Translations under genes and position numbers: made by a program
Assembly (NCBI GenBank): GCA_028705495.1
Contig: JAQWDK010000005.1
Location: 28,809-92,808 of the forward strand
Length of the DNA stretch: 64,000 nt
Source: Eubacteriales bacterium
Lineage (GTDB): Bacteria > Bacillota > Clostridia > Oscillospirales > CAG-382
Direction: 5' to 3'
Shown: in pieces, positions 17,364 to 28,026 of the stretch
Layout: each line of letters starts with the position of its first letter
Numbering within the stretch: position 1 is the first letter of the stretch
The notes under the pieces: model-generated
Seen by the model: only the letters and a program-made list of their open reading frames with translations
Databases searched by the model: none
What the model was told of the DNA's origin: nothing

Positions 17364-18425
17364 TTAGAGAACAATTTCCTTGCCGGTTTCGGAGGAATCG
17401 TACATAGCCTGCATCATCTTCGCTGTTACTGCAACAGTGTCGATGTGTGAAGGAAGCTTTTCGCCTGTCTTTATGCAGCGGATGAACGAGTCAATTTCGG
17501 TCTGGAATGCGTTGTTGTGTTCGAATTCAGGCTTGCAGTTTGTGAGTTTACCGTCTTCGGTTCCCCAAACGGTGAAGTCTCCGCCATAGTTGAGACGGAT
17601 GCCTGCTTTTGTGCCGATGAAGTCGATATAGCCTTCTGCGATACCGATGTTCTGAGCCCATGCGCCATTGAATGTGATTGTCGGTCCTTCTGTTCTTACG
17701 AAACCTGTAACAAAGTCATCAACGTCATAAGTGCCGTTCAGGTCCTTTGTGTTTTCAGCCCACATGCCTTCGTAAACATAGTTTTCCATGTCAACGCCGA
17801 GCTTCGAGAATGCTTTAGCTGAAACTGTTTTAGGTGTAGGATCGTTTGTGCAGAACATAACAATGTCGAGGTAGTGTACGCCCCAGTCAATGAGAACGCC
17901 GCCACCAGCGATTTCTTTTGTTGTGAATGCACCGCCGAGACCCGGGATGGATCTGTGGGCGCGGAAAGATACATAAACATGGTAAACTTCGCCGAGATCA
18001 CCGTTAGCGATCATTTCGCGAATCTTGTTAACTGCGCCGTTGAATCTGTTGACAACGCCGATGTTAAGGACTTTACCTGTTTCGTTCTGAGCCTTTTTCA
18101 TCTCTACTGCTTCAGAGTAGATACGAGCTGCAGGCTTTTCGCAAAGAACGTTCTTGCCAGCCTTGAGGCAGTCGATCGATATGATCGAGTGCATCTTGTT
18201 AGGTGTACAGACGGAAATTGCTTCAACTTCGGGATCAGCGAGTATTTCCTTATAATCTGTGATAGCTGTACCGCAGCCATATTTTTCAACGGCAGCTTTT
18301 GCTCTTTCGGGGATGATGTCGCAGAAATATTTAATTTCTACATCCTTATTGTTCATGTAGCTCGGAATGTGTGCGCTGTTAGCGATTGTACCGCATCCGA
18401 TAATCGCGACCTTGGTCTTTGCCAT
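17364..18425 (-). CDS. Gfo/Idh/MocA family NAD(P)-dependent oxidoreductase
   Basis: N-terminal Rossmann motif KVAIIGCGTIANSAHIPSY, an EKP motif (VLCEKPAA), and length and architecture typical of the family. Confidence 0.8.
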   Translation of the reverse strand: MAKTKVAIIGCGTIANSAHIPSYMNNKDVEIKYFCDIIPERAKAAVEKYGCGTAITDYKEILADPEVEAISVCTPNKMHSIISIDCLKAGKNVLCEKPAARIYSEAVEMKKAQNETGKVLNIGVVNRFNGAVNKIREMIANGDLGEVYHVYVSFRAHRSIPGLGGAFTTKEIAGGGVLIDWGVHYLDIVMFCTNDPTPKTVSAKAFSKLGVDMENYVYEGMWAENTKDLNGTYDVDDFVTGFVRTEGPTITFNGAWAQNIGIAEGYIDFIGTKAGIRLNYGGDFTVWGTEDGKLTNCKPEFEHNNAFQTEIDSFIRCIKTGEKLPSHIDTVAVTAKMMQAMYDSSETGKEIVL

Positions 18426-18521
18426 TATGACAGCCTCCTGTTATTCGGTAATCCGCAGTTAATGCGGATCATTTTCTTACACGGGTTCTGATAATTATCC
18501 GTGTATAAATGTGTTTACTTG

Positions 18522-18550
18522 ATTATATCACAGCTAAATATTTTTGACAA
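18522..18550 (-). promoter_or_regulatory. Sigma-A promoter of the oxidoreductase gene
   Basis: Minus strand TTGTCA (18550..18545), 17 nt, TATAAT (18527..18522). It is followed by an ~90-nt leader with two hairpins. Confidence 0.6.
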
Positions 18551-18621
18551 GAGATATTATTGTTTTTCCGCAAAAACAGCAGAATTTTTATTGTAATTGC
18601 GGTATTAAAGCTGATTAACTA

Positions 18622-18650
18622 TTGTTTTTAATATAAGTTTTTGCTATACT
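18622..18650 (+). promoter_or_regulatory. Candidate promoter of glpK
   Basis: TTGTTT (18622..18627), 17 nt, TGc-TATACT (18645..18650). Confidence 0.35.
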
Positions 18651-18789
18651 AAAATAAAGTTTTAATCATTAGATTATAATTTGTATAACATTCGTATAAA
18701 CCCAATTGAAAGGACATAAGAACGTTACGCTTCCGAGAGCAGCTTTTTGCTCTTCCGGATTAAAAACGCGAACGGCGGAATATTAAAAA

Positions 18790-20295
18790 ATGAAATATCT
18801 CCTCGCATTCGATCAAGGCTCAACATCATCCAGGTGCATCCTGTTCAGAAAAAGCGAACCTATCGCGACTTATTCAATGCCCCACGAACAAATTTATCCT
18901 ATGAATGGCTGGGTCGAACATAACCCGGTCGAGATTTATAACAATCAAATTAAATGTGCAACTGAAGTTATGTCATTGGCTAAGGTAAAGACAAATGATA
19001 TTTCTGCCATTGGCATCACAAATCAGCGCGAAACGGTTGTTGTGTGGGAAAAATTTAGTGGTAAGCCTATATGTAACGCGATAGTTTGGCAATGCCGCCG
19101 TACAGCGGACTATTGCGATAAACTGAAAGCCGAGGGCTTTGAAAGCGTTATCCGCGACAAAACCGGACTACCGATCGATTCTTATTTTTCCGCTACAAAA
19201 CTAAAATGGATTCTTGATACTATTCCCGGTGCAAGAGAGCGCGCTAAAAACGGCGAACTTCTTTTCGGAACAATCGATACCTGGCTTATTTGGAATATGA
19301 CAAAGGGGAAAACATTTGCAACCGATTACACGAATGCTTCCCGCACAATGATGTATAATATACATACGCTCGAATGGGACAGGGAACTCCTCGAATTGTT
19401 CGATATCCCCGAAATTATGCTCCCCAAAGTCTACCCCTCATGCCATATGTATGGCGAGACAGACTTCCTAGGTTCGCCAATACCTATTGCCGGAGTTGCC
19501 GGAGACCAGCAGTCTGCGATGTTTGGTCAACTTTGTTTCAATATGGGAGACACAAAAAACACTTACGGAACAGGCGCATTTTTGCTTATGAACACCGGGC
19601 GTGTCGCTTGCCGCTCGAAAATCGGACTAATCACAACGATTGCGTGCGGAACGAATGGGTTTGTAAACTATGCTCTTGAAGGTTCTGTTTTCACATCCGG
19701 TTCCCTTGTGCAGTGGCTGCGTGACGACCTGAAAATGATACCAACAGCAGCGGCTTCCGAGAGGGTTGCCGAGAAGGTACCCGACAGCGGCGGAATCTAC
19801 CTTGTGCCCGCATTTGTAGGGCTGGGTGCTCCGTATTGGGATCCGTACGCAAGAGGAACAATAGTCGGAATAACCCGCAGCATCAAACGCGAGCATATCG
19901 TCAGAGCCGCACTTGAAGCGATTGCTCTTCAATCAAACGACGTTATCAAGCAGATGCAAAGCGAATCCAACATCAAGATTTCCACCCTCAGGGTTGATGG
20001 CGGTGCATCGGCTAACAACCTTCTCATGCAGATGCAGGCCGACATTTCTAATGTACGAGTTGACCGCCCCGCCTGTATCGAAACGACAGCAATGGGAGCG
20101 TCCTACCTTGCAGGACTCACAATCGGTTACTACAAGAGCCCAGCAGAGCTTAGTGATAAATTTGAGCCCGAACGCACTTTCAGACCTGCTGTTACCCCCG
20201 AGTGGCGCGAAAAGCTTATAAATGGATGGCATAAGGCTGTAACAAGAGCCAGAGATTGGGAAACAGACGATAATATTCACCAGAAAGGATTTTAA
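18790..20295 (+). CDS. glpK: Glycerol kinase
   Basis: [23 protein letters not shown] and [10 protein letters not shown] are FGGY kinase / GlpK signatures; 501 aa. Confidence 0.93.
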   Translation: MKYLLAFDQGSTSSRCILFRKSEPIATYSMPHEQIYPMNGWVEHNPVEIYNNQIKCATEVMSLAKVKTNDISAIGITNQRETVVVWEKFSGKPICNAIVWQCRRTADYCDKLKAEGFESVIRDKTGLPIDSYFSATKLKWILDTIPGARERAKNGELLFGTIDTWLIWNMTKGKTFATDYTNASRTMMYNIHTLEWDRELLELFDIPEIMLPKVYPSCHMYGETDFLGSPIPIAGVAGDQQSAMFGQLCFNMGDTKNTYGTGAFLLMNTGRVACRSKIGLITTIACGTNGFVNYALEGSVFTSGSLVQWLRDDLKMIPTAAASERVAEKVPDSGGIYLVPAFVGLGAPYWDPYARGTIVGITRSIKREHIVRAALEAIALQSNDVIKQMQSESNIKISTLRVDGGASANNLLMQMQADISNVRVDRPACIETTAMGASYLAGLTIGYYKSPAELSDKFEPERTFRPAVTPEWREKLINGWHKAVTRARDWETDDNIHQKGF

Positions 20296-20298
20296 TAA

Positions 20299-21537
20299 AT
20301 GTATAGAGAAGCTGATGTAAAGAAATATGCCGAACTCATTGTCAAAACGGGTGTAAATGTTCAGAAAAATCAAATAGCAGTCGTTCGTACTCCGGTAGAA
20401 TGTTATGAGTTTGCGAACCTTATAACCGAAAAAGCATTCTTAGCAGGTGCAAAAGATGTAATAACAATTTACAGCGATAGCGCTTCACAGCGGCTGCGTT
20501 TCAAACATGCGACGACCGAAACCCTCTGTGATGTTCCGAGCTGGTCTGTAGATAGACTGATGAAATACGCAAATGAGGGTGCTTGCTTTATTAGTATAAC
20601 CGGCGATGATCCTGATGCTTTCGAAGGTCTTGACCAGCTTAAAATCGGTGAATCTAAAAAAGCTGTTATGAAAGCTAATTCACCTTACTATGATAAGATA
20701 GACAAAGGTGAAAACCAGTGGACTGTTGTCGCCTATCCGGGCAAAAAGTGGTCGTCAAAGGTGTTTCCTGAGTTATCTGCCGAAGAAGCACAGAATAAAC
20801 TTTGGGACAGCATACTATCAGCTGTTAGAATATCCGGTAATGAAGACCCCGTTAAGGAATGGGCTGAACATTCTGCCGCTCTCGCCTCACATTGCCGTTT
20901 TCTCGGCGAAAGTGGGATTGTGTCAATGAAGATTAAAAACAGCCTTGGCACAGATATCGAAATCGGGCTTGCTGAAGATTATATCTGGGCGGGCGGCTCC
21001 GAAAAAACTGTTGACGGTGTTGAATTCCAGGCTAATATGCCCACGGAAGAAGTTTTCACAATGCCACACCGTGAAAAGGTTAATGGTATCGTTTATGCTT
21101 CTCTCCCGCTGAGTTATCAAGGCGTAATGGTTGAGGACTTTTATTTCAGGTTCGAAAACGGTAAGGTTGTCGATTACGGTGCTAAGAAGGGCAAAGAGGC
21201 TCTAACTCAGCTGCTTGCCACCGATGAAGGTTCCTCCTACCTCGGCGAGCTTGCGCTTGTCGCTTACGAAACCCCCATCAGGCAGACGGGAATACTGTTC
21301 TACAACACTTTATTCGACGAAAATGCAGCATGTCACCTCGCCCTCGGAAGCGCTTATGCTATGACAATGAAAGGCGGGCCGGATATGACAAAAGATGAGC
21401 GAACAGCAAAGGGTTGCAACGATTCTGTTTCCCATGTTGACTTTATGTTCGGAACAGCGGACCTGTCGATAACCGGAATTACAGCAGACGGCACAGAAAT
21501 TCCTGTTTTCGAAAATGGCGGATGGGTAAAAGCATGA
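20299..21537 (+). CDS. M29-family aminopeptidase (AmpS/PepS type)
   Basis: 412 aa. The N-terminus KKYAELIVKTGVNVQKNQ..V.....ECYEFANLITEKAFLAGAKDV and overall length are typical of thermophilic-metalloprotease M29 proteins. It starts 3 nt after the glpK stop. Confidence 0.75.
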   Translation: MYREADVKKYAELIVKTGVNVQKNQIAVVRTPVECYEFANLITEKAFLAGAKDVITIYSDSASQRLRFKHATTETLCDVPSWSVDRLMKYANEGACFISITGDDPDAFEGLDQLKIGESKKAVMKANSPYYDKIDKGENQWTVVAYPGKKWSSKVFPELSAEEAQNKLWDSILSAVRISGNEDPVKEWAEHSAALASHCRFLGESGIVSMKIKNSLGTDIEIGLAEDYIWAGGSEKTVDGVEFQANMPTEEVFTMPHREKVNGIVYASLPLSYQGVMVEDFYFRFENGKVVDYGAKKGKEALTQLLATDEGSSYLGELALVAYETPIRQTGILFYNTLFDENAACHLALGSAYAMTMKGGPDMTKDERTAKGCNDSVSHVDFMFGTADLSITGITADGTEIPVFENGGWVKA

Positions 21538-23207
21538 GGATTAAAAGGTTATTACCTGCACTGCTCCTTATTCTGCTTGTCGGATGCAGTGGCAAAGAAG
21601 CTGGTGAGAGTAGGGCTAATTCTGACCTCACCTCTGAAGCTAGTCAGGGCACTATCGTCGAAAAAGAAGGATATAGAATGAAAATTACTGAAAACGGTAA
21701 AATCAAGACCTATGATATAACAACCGAAGCTAAAATCGGGACTGCAAAAAACGGTCAACCGTACCAAAACATCTTCCCCGAAGGTGAGTTCAGCTTTGAG
21801 GTTGACGAGTTTGGAAAGCTATATCACACCGCCGAAATCGCGTATAATAAACGCGAAGGCGGTAGTTACATATATTCAAACAACCCCGAAATGCTTCGCA
21901 AGAGCGATGTGGGTCAAGCAATAATTCAAAACACCAACATGAGCGGAATGTATGAATTCACCCATGAGCATTCCAACCATACCGGTGCACCTTTCTACCT
22001 CGGCTATCAGATTCTAAACGAGGGAAAAACGGACGCAGTGGTGACGGTCTACAATGTCGGTTATCAAGTCGAAGGAGAGTGGCTCGGTCAGCGATCATGG
22101 AGTGATTTTTTCAACTACCGTTTCGAGCTTCCAAAAGATTATTTCCTTGATGGCGGCAAAGTCAACCCGATTTATGTCGGATGCGATTACATCGATTACA
22201 CACCAAAGCCCTTCAGCCCTGTAAAGGTTACAGTTCCTGTTGGTGAATATATCTATGTAATGGGTGGAACGACAGCTGACGCTTATGCTGGAACAAATAT
22301 CGGTGGCACTGCCGATAAGCCCGTACTTAACGGAAAATGCTCCAACGGTGTAGTGCTGTTCAGCGTTGAGGGCGGCGATGTTACTGGTACTTTCTATGTA
22401 TACACGGCCCCTTCTCAAGTAAAGGCAAAACCTGCGCCGCAGGGTTATATTGTCACAAGAGACGGCATTGATTTTGGAGCGCAGTACAAGGGAACAGACC
22501 CGCATTTAGGACTCATAGAATCAAACATTACCTTTGCCGTTAACGATAAAACGCCTTCCGGTAAGCTTCCTATAGCCTACACCAACGAGCGTGACACAAA
22601 TTTCGGTACAAAGACCGCTCCTTATCAAGAATACACGCCTGTAAAATACCGCATCACCGGCAGGGAGTGGCTCACAAGCCTTAACCCCAACACTACTACA
22701 AAAGCGATCGGCACAGATATGATGACATTCGAGTACATCGATGTTGACGGAAACCCCATTATCATCGACAACAACCATGCGGACGGTAGAGGTCATGCGG
22801 CTAACACCGGTAACTGGATGGTGCAGTATTCGGATAATTTCACCTTCATTAATCTCGGTGATAAACCGAGAACCTTTAAGATTTACAAGAGAGGTGCACC
22901 TTCCGGCGCGCTTATGACGATGGCACGTGACACAGAAGGAAACATCCTTGACGCGCAGATGAAGGCACAACCTTATTACTATGAAGAAGGAAACATTCCC
23001 GGTTATGCCGATAAAAACCTTTTGACATTCGAAAACGGATACTACTGGTATGTAGTCGAAGGAAAGCCGTATTACAAGCTCAGAGATGAGAGATCCCTTG
23101 TTTGGACTGTAACAGTAGAGCCAATGAGCATCGAGCGAATCACCGCCGACGCACTCATTATGGGTAATTCCAACGGTGGAATCACTCACTGGGTAGAAGT
23201 AGACTGA
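21534..23207 (+). CDS. Lipoprotein of unknown function (557 aa)
   Basis: The ATG at 21534 overlaps the aminopeptidase stop (ATGA). Signal and lipobox are MRIKRLLPALLLILLVGC|S. I see no recognisable domain. Confidence 0.7.
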   Translation: MRIKRLLPALLLILLVGCSGKEAGESRANSDLTSEASQGTIVEKEGYRMKITENGKIKTYDITTEAKIGTAKNGQPYQNIFPEGEFSFEVDEFGKLYHTAEIAYNKREGGSYIYSNNPEMLRKSDVGQAIIQNTNMSGMYEFTHEHSNHTGAPFYLGYQILNEGKTDAVVTVYNVGYQVEGEWLGQRSWSDFFNYRFELPKDYFLDGGKVNPIYVGCDYIDYTPKPFSPVKVTVPVGEYIYVMGGTTADAYAGTNIGGTADKPVLNGKCSNGVVLFSVEGGDVTGTFYVYTAPSQVKAKPAPQGYIVTRDGIDFGAQYKGTDPHLGLIESNITFAVNDKTPSGKLPIAYTNERDTNFGTKTAPYQEYTPVKYRITGREWLTSLNPNTTTKAIGTDMMTFEYIDVDGNPIIIDNNHADGRGHAANTGNWMVQYSDNFTFINLGDKPRTFKIYKRGAPSGALMTMARDTEGNILDAQMKAQPYYYEEGNIPGYADKNLLTFENGYYWYVVEGKPYYKLRDERSLVWTVTVEPMSIERITADALIMGNSNGGITHWVEVD

Positions 23208-23251
23208 TATACAACCGAAGCAAATCCTAAATAAAATAGTATTCGGAAACG

Positions 23252-23300
23252 AAAAACCGACGAAAAGAAGAAAATCTCCTTATCGTCGGTTTTTATTTTT
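23252..23300 (+). terminator. Intrinsic terminator after the glpK-aminopeptidase-lipoprotein string
   Basis: AAAAACCGACGA...(19-nt loop)...TCGTCGGTTTTT followed by ATTTTT. Confidence 0.6.
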
Positions 23301-23329
23301 AGACAATATTATTCTAATATTATTAGCTT

Positions 23330-23812
23330 TTATAGCTCTTTTTTCATATAGCCCGAAGTAAATGGAAAAAAGTCAAACTTTTTTATTCCAATATGTATAA
23401 AACCGAATGATGCGTACCAGTTTTTTAACTTAACATTTTCCTCAGTTATGCCAATATTCATTTGTTTGCAACCGGAATCTTTTGCATGTATAAAGGCATG
23501 GTGTAACAATTCTTTGCCAATACCTTTGTGCCGAAAATCATTTAAAACACAAAGATTATTTAATTCGCATTCGCTGTTTCCTTGCTTTTCCAACGAATAA
23601 TATCCAATAATTTTTTTATCATTATTGAAATAAGCAAACATTGAACGTCCTTCGTTAAATTGCCATAACAATCTTTCATCAGTAGTTGCAAACGCAACAT
23701 AACGAGGAGCATTTTCTTGAGTAATACCAAATTCTGAAGCTACAGTTAAAAAACTATCCTTTATTACATTTACGCACTCAGGAATTTCTTCTTTTTTAAT
23801 TTGTCTTATCAT
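23330..23812 (-). CDS. GNAT family N-acetyltransferase
   Basis: 160 aa with an acetyl-CoA binding motif region LCVLNDFRHKGIGKELL. Confidence 0.75.
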   Translation of the reverse strand: MIRQIKKEEIPECVNVIKDSFLTVASEFGITQENAPRYVAFATTDERLLWQFNEGRSMFAYFNNDKKIIGYYSLEKQGNSECELNNLCVLNDFRHKGIGKELLHHAFIHAKDSGCKQMNIGITEENVKLKNWYASFGFIHIGIKKFDFFPFTSGYMKKEL

Positions 23813-23890
23813 ATTGTAACACCTCCGTTGTCTAATTTAAAAGTGATAGAATTATCATAACCATTCAGCAAACGGTAAAAAATGAATGGT

Positions 23891-24358
23891 TTATTCGTTT
23901 ACCATAACCCAAAAGTCTTCAATGTTATTTGAGTACGCAACTCCATCTTGAATTGTTTTTAAATAAACAAATCCCGATTTTTGATACGCCTTAATTGCTC
24001 TTTTGTTAGAAGCCGATACTCTTAAATATATTTTACCGTTGTATGTTTTTATTTTTCGAATTTCTTCGATGCATCTCTTTACAAACAAATGTCCATTCCC
24101 TCTGCCACATAATTTAGGTGATAGTGACCAACCTACCCATAAATTATCGTCATCAAATTGGCAAGCAATCTGTCCTACAAGGATATTATCATAGCATAAT
24201 GCAAACTGTTCTGTTCCCCATGTTTTTTGGTCCATTAAATAACCATTAGGACGACCCTTAAAATTATACACATCGTATGGTTCATCGTATTCCCATTGGC
24301 TTATTTCTTTTGCTGTTTCTACCTTTAATTCTTGTAAAAAACAATTGTTGAAATCCAA
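23891..24358 (-). CDS. GNAT family N-acetyltransferase
   Basis: 155 aa; WSLSPKLCGRGNGHLFVKRCIE resembles GNAT motif A (Q/RxxGxG/A). Confidence 0.65.
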   Translation of the reverse strand: MDFNNCFLQELKVETAKEISQWEYDEPYDVYNFKGRPNGYLMDQKTWGTEQFALCYDNILVGQIACQFDDDNLWVGWSLSPKLCGRGNGHLFVKRCIEEIRKIKTYNGKIYLRVSASNKRAIKAYQKSGFVYLKTIQDGVAYSNNIEDFWVMVNE

Positions 24359-24537
24359 ATTTTCACCATAAACCCTTAATTATTTATAATTTCCAACTGT
24401 GTAAAATGCAAATAATCTTGTATAAATCTTATCATAGGTTCTGTCTATTTGCAAAAATAAAATTGTATATATTTCCAACCAAACAGCTCTTGAGTGTTAC
24501 AAAACAGAAATTAATCTTTACGATATCTTAATTTCTT

Positions 24538-26301
24538 TTATTCAGTTCCTGCGAATTGGCTGTTGTATAAAGTTGCGTAGAAGCCATTTGCATTTAACAG
24601 CTCATCGTGTTTACCCTTTTCGATTATCTGCCCGTCCTTGAGAACAAGAATCACATCAGCTTCTCTAATTGTAGAAAGCCTGTGGGCGACAACAAAGGTG
24701 GTTCTGCCCTTCATCAGCTTTGCGAAAGCGTCCTGTATCCTAAGTTCCGTTCTTGTATCTATAGATGATGTCGCTTCGTCAAGAATCAGCATAGGCGGCA
24801 GGCTGAGCATTATTCTCGAGATGCAAAGCAGCTGTTTTTGCCCCTGAGACAAACTTCCGCCGTCTTCCCCTATGACTGTGTCATATCCGTTAGGAAGTCT
24901 CTTTATGAAGTTATGAGCATAGGATGCTTTTGCCGCCGCAATTACTTCGTTTTCGGTGGCATCTTTTTTGCTCATTTTTATATTGTCTCTGATTGTTCCC
25001 GATTTAAGCCATGTCTCCTGGAGCACCATACCGTAATTTGCCCTAAGACTTTTCCTTGTAAGAGTTCGGATATCGTGTCCGTCAACCTTGACGCTTCCTT
25101 CGTCGACATCGTAAAAGCGCATTAAAAGGTTGATCAGCGTTGTTTTGCCGCTGCCCGTAGGTCCGACTATTGCAACGCGCTGCCCGGGTTTTGTAGACAA
25201 ACTCAGGTCCTTAATTAGTTGTCGTTCAGGCACATATGAGAAAGCTACATTATCAAGTTCAACTCTGCCTTCTGCTGTTTGAAGTACAGCCGCATCAGGT
25301 GCATCGGGCGCTTCAGGCGCCTCGTCAATGAGCATAAAGACACGCGAAGCGCAGGCAAAAGCATTTTGAAGCTCCGTTATTACGCTGGAAATTTCATTGA
25401 ATGGTTTTGTGTACTGATTTGCAAAATAAAGCAGTGCGCTGAGGTTTCCGACTGTAAAAATTCCGCCCGGTGTTATACAGAAGAAGGCACCCGCAAGTGC
25501 GACAGCGGCGTAAACGATAGCATTAATGAGCCTTGTCGTCGGGTTAGTGAGGGATGAGTAAAACACCGCTTTGAGTGAAACTTCTTCTAATCTCTCATTG
25601 ATTTCATCGAACTTTTTCATATTCTCTTCTTCATGAGAAAAAGCTTTCACAGTCTTAAGTTCGCTTATCATCTCGTCGATAAAACCTGTCTGTTCGGCTC
25701 TCGTTTTGGACTGAGCCAGAAACATCTGATAGGTATGTTTAGCTATATACTTTGCTGCAAGCAGTGACATTGGTGTAAGCACAACAACAATAAGCGCGAT
25801 TATTGGCTGCAGCATAACCATGAAAACGAGGGTCGTCACGATTGTCACAATGCCCGTAAACAGCTGCGAAAAGCCTAATAGAAGACCGTCGGCAAGCTGG
25901 TCGACATCGGTTATAATACGGCTGACTGTGTCACCGTAGGGGTGTGTATCGATATAGGAGAGCGGTAAAATTTCCAACTTTGCGAAAGCGTCACGGCGAA
26001 TGTCTCGGATTATTTCGTATGTTATTCTGTTGTTAAGAATTCCTGTAAGCCACTGGAGAGCGGCAGAAATTGCTATGAAAACCCCACATTCGGTTAAAAG
26101 CGCGGCAAGTTTCACAAAATCAACCTGTCCTGCACCGATTAGAAGGTCTATTGCATCACCTAACTTTACAGGAACATACAGGGCAAATATAACCCCGCCT
26201 GCCGCAGAAATGGTAGAGAGCAAAAAAAGCAGTTTATAACCCGAAAGGTATGCAAGCAGCTTTTTTAATATGCCTATATCAGCATTTGTTCTCGCCTTCA
26301 T
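24538..26301 (-). CDS. ABC exporter, fused TMD-NBD, canonical-NBD half of a heterodimer
   Basis: Walker A GPTGSGKTT, Walker B LILDEATSSID, H-loop VVAHRLS, and a deviant signature LSQGQ. Its start overlaps the upstream partner's stop by 4 nt. Confidence 0.9.
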   Translation of the reverse strand: MKARTNADIGILKKLLAYLSGYKLLFLLSTISAAGGVIFALYVPVKLGDAIDLLIGAGQVDFVKLAALLTECGVFIAISAALQWLTGILNNRITYEIIRDIRRDAFAKLEILPLSYIDTHPYGDTVSRIITDVDQLADGLLLGFSQLFTGIVTIVTTLVFMVMLQPIIALIVVVLTPMSLLAAKYIAKHTYQMFLAQSKTRAEQTGFIDEMISELKTVKAFSHEEENMKKFDEINERLEEVSLKAVFYSSLTNPTTRLINAIVYAAVALAGAFFCITPGGIFTVGNLSALLYFANQYTKPFNEISSVITELQNAFACASRVFMLIDEAPEAPDAPDAAVLQTAEGRVELDNVAFSYVPERQLIKDLSLSTKPGQRVAIVGPTGSGKTTLINLLMRFYDVDEGSVKVDGHDIRTLTRKSLRANYGMVLQETWLKSGTIRDNIKMSKKDATENEVIAAAKASYAHNFIKRLPNGYDTVIGEDGGSLSQGQKQLLCISRIMLSLPPMLILDEATSSIDTRTELRIQDAFAKLMKGRTTFVVAHRLSTIREADVILVLKDGQIIEKGKHDELLNANGFYATLYNSQFAGTE

Positions 26302-28022
26302 GCTCTTGCCTCCTTTCGGTACTGTGAATCGTATATCTCCCTGTAAACAGCGCAGCTCTCAAGCAGATCGTCATGTTTACCAATGCCGACCATTTCGCCG
26401 TTATCGAGCACAATTATTTTATCAGCATGCTTTATTGCTGATGTTCTTTGGGAAACAATAAAAACAGTAGGCTTATAATCAAGCGCAGTAATCGCTTTTC
26501 TGAGCGCTGCATCAGTTGCATAGTCAAGCGCAGATGAACTGTCGTCCAAGATCAGAATCCCTGGCTTTTTTACAAGTGCACGAGCAATTGTAAGCCTTTG
26601 TTTTTGGCCGCCTGAATAGTTCCTGCCTTTCTGTTCAACTATTGAATCCAACCCATAATCCTTAGAACGGACAACATCGGTTGCTTGTGCTGCTATGAGA
26701 GCTTCTTCAATTTCTTTATCATCGGCATCATTCTTGCCCCAAAGCAGATTTTCTCTTATCGTACCTTTGAAAAGCGTTGCTTTTTGAGGAACAATTCCGA
26801 TCTTTTCCCTGAGTTTGTCCACCGATATATCGCTAACATTTGTTCCACCGACTTTAACCTCGCCCATTCTTGCTGTGTAAAACGCAGGTATCATATTGAC
26901 GAGGGAGCTTTTACCCGAGCCTGTACCGCCGATTATACCGACAACTTCCCCGCTCTCGGCCTTGAAACTTATGCCTTTTAACGAATCCTCAGAGTCGTCA
27001 CCATAGCGGAGGTTGACATTTTTAAATTCAACAGAATTGTCAAGGTTAATAATAGCTTTGTTTTCTGAACCTTCCTCGCCGCCCGGTATCTCTAAAACAG
27101 CATTTATCCTGTTCCCTGAAGCTACTGCTTTTGTAACGGTAATTATCAGATTTGCGAATTTTATCAATTCGACAAGTATCTGCGACATATAGTTGTAGAG
27201 GGCAACAACCTGTCCTTGCGTAAGGCTACCACCGTCGACACGAATCGCACCGCTATTGATAAGAAACACAATACCGAGGTTTATAATTACAAAAGTGAGA
27301 GGATTCATTAAAGTGGAAATCGCTCCGACACGCTTCTGCATTTTGGTCAGCGCAGAATTTTTAGCGTCAAATTCTTCCTTTTCAGTCTCTTCCATGCCGA
27401 ATGCGCGTATTACCCTTACACCTGTAAGGTTTTCTCTTGTTTTACCGAGCACTTCATCGAGCTTTGACTGTACCTTTTTGTACATTGGGATTGATAAAAG
27501 CATTACCGCGAACACAACAGCAAAAAGCAGAGGAATTACAACCGCAAACACAAGTGCCGCTTGAAAGTCTATTGAAAATGCCATAATCATAGCACCGAAC
27601 ACGATGAAAGGTGAACGAAGAAGCAGACGAAGCGTCAGGTTTACACCTGTCTGAACCTGATTCATGTCGCTTGTCATTCTTGTAATCATTGTATCAGTGC
27701 CGATGTTGTCTATCTTTGAGAAAGAAAAACTCTGCAAATGGCTGAACATTATATGCTTTAGCTTTTTGGTGAAGCCAACTGCTGCTTTCGCTGAATAATA
27801 TTGTGCGGTTATTGTACTCGCAAAACCTACAATGCCGAGAATCACAAGCACAACGCACATTTGAATGATGTAAGCTTTATCAGCATTTTTAATTCCATTG
27901 TCGATTATCGCAGCCACAACGAAGGGCACGAAAAGCTCAAATGAAGCCTCGAGCATTTTGAAAAGAGGTGCGAGGATGCATTCTTTTAGATAACTTTTAA
28001 GATATTTAAGGAGTTTTATCAT
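26298..28022 (-). CDS. ABC exporter, fused TMD-NBD, degenerate-NBD half of a heterodimer
   Basis: Walker A GGTGSGKSS and signature YSGGQKQR. Walker B is ILILDDSSSALD (Asp in place of the catalytic Glu) and the H-loop is IVSQRTS (Gln in place of His). Confidence 0.9.
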   Translation of the reverse strand: MIKLLKYLKSYLKECILAPLFKMLEASFELFVPFVVAAIIDNGIKNADKAYIIQMCVVLVILGIVGFASTITAQYYSAKAAVGFTKKLKHIMFSHLQSFSFSKIDNIGTDTMITRMTSDMNQVQTGVNLTLRLLLRSPFIVFGAMIMAFSIDFQAALVFAVVIPLLFAVVFAVMLLSIPMYKKVQSKLDEVLGKTRENLTGVRVIRAFGMEETEKEEFDAKNSALTKMQKRVGAISTLMNPLTFVIINLGIVFLINSGAIRVDGGSLTQGQVVALYNYMSQILVELIKFANLIITVTKAVASGNRINAVLEIPGGEEGSENKAIINLDNSVEFKNVNLRYGDDSEDSLKGISFKAESGEVVGIIGGTGSGKSSLVNMIPAFYTARMGEVKVGGTNVSDISVDKLREKIGIVPQKATLFKGTIRENLLWGKNDADDKEIEEALIAAQATDVVRSKDYGLDSIVEQKGRNYSGGQKQRLTIARALVKKPGILILDDSSSALDYATDAALRKAITALDYKPTVFIVSQRTSAIKHADKIIVLDNGEMVGIGKHDDLLESCAVYREIYDSQYRKEARA

Positions 28023-28026
28023 TGTA

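Noticed and set aside
18732-18759. Imperfect hairpin (TCCGAGAGCA-GCTTTT-TGCTCT-TCCGGA) in the glpK leader, as a possible GlpP-type antiterminator target or terminator.
   Set aside because: The stem is bulged, no U run follows, and no glpP gene is nearby. The evidence is insufficient.
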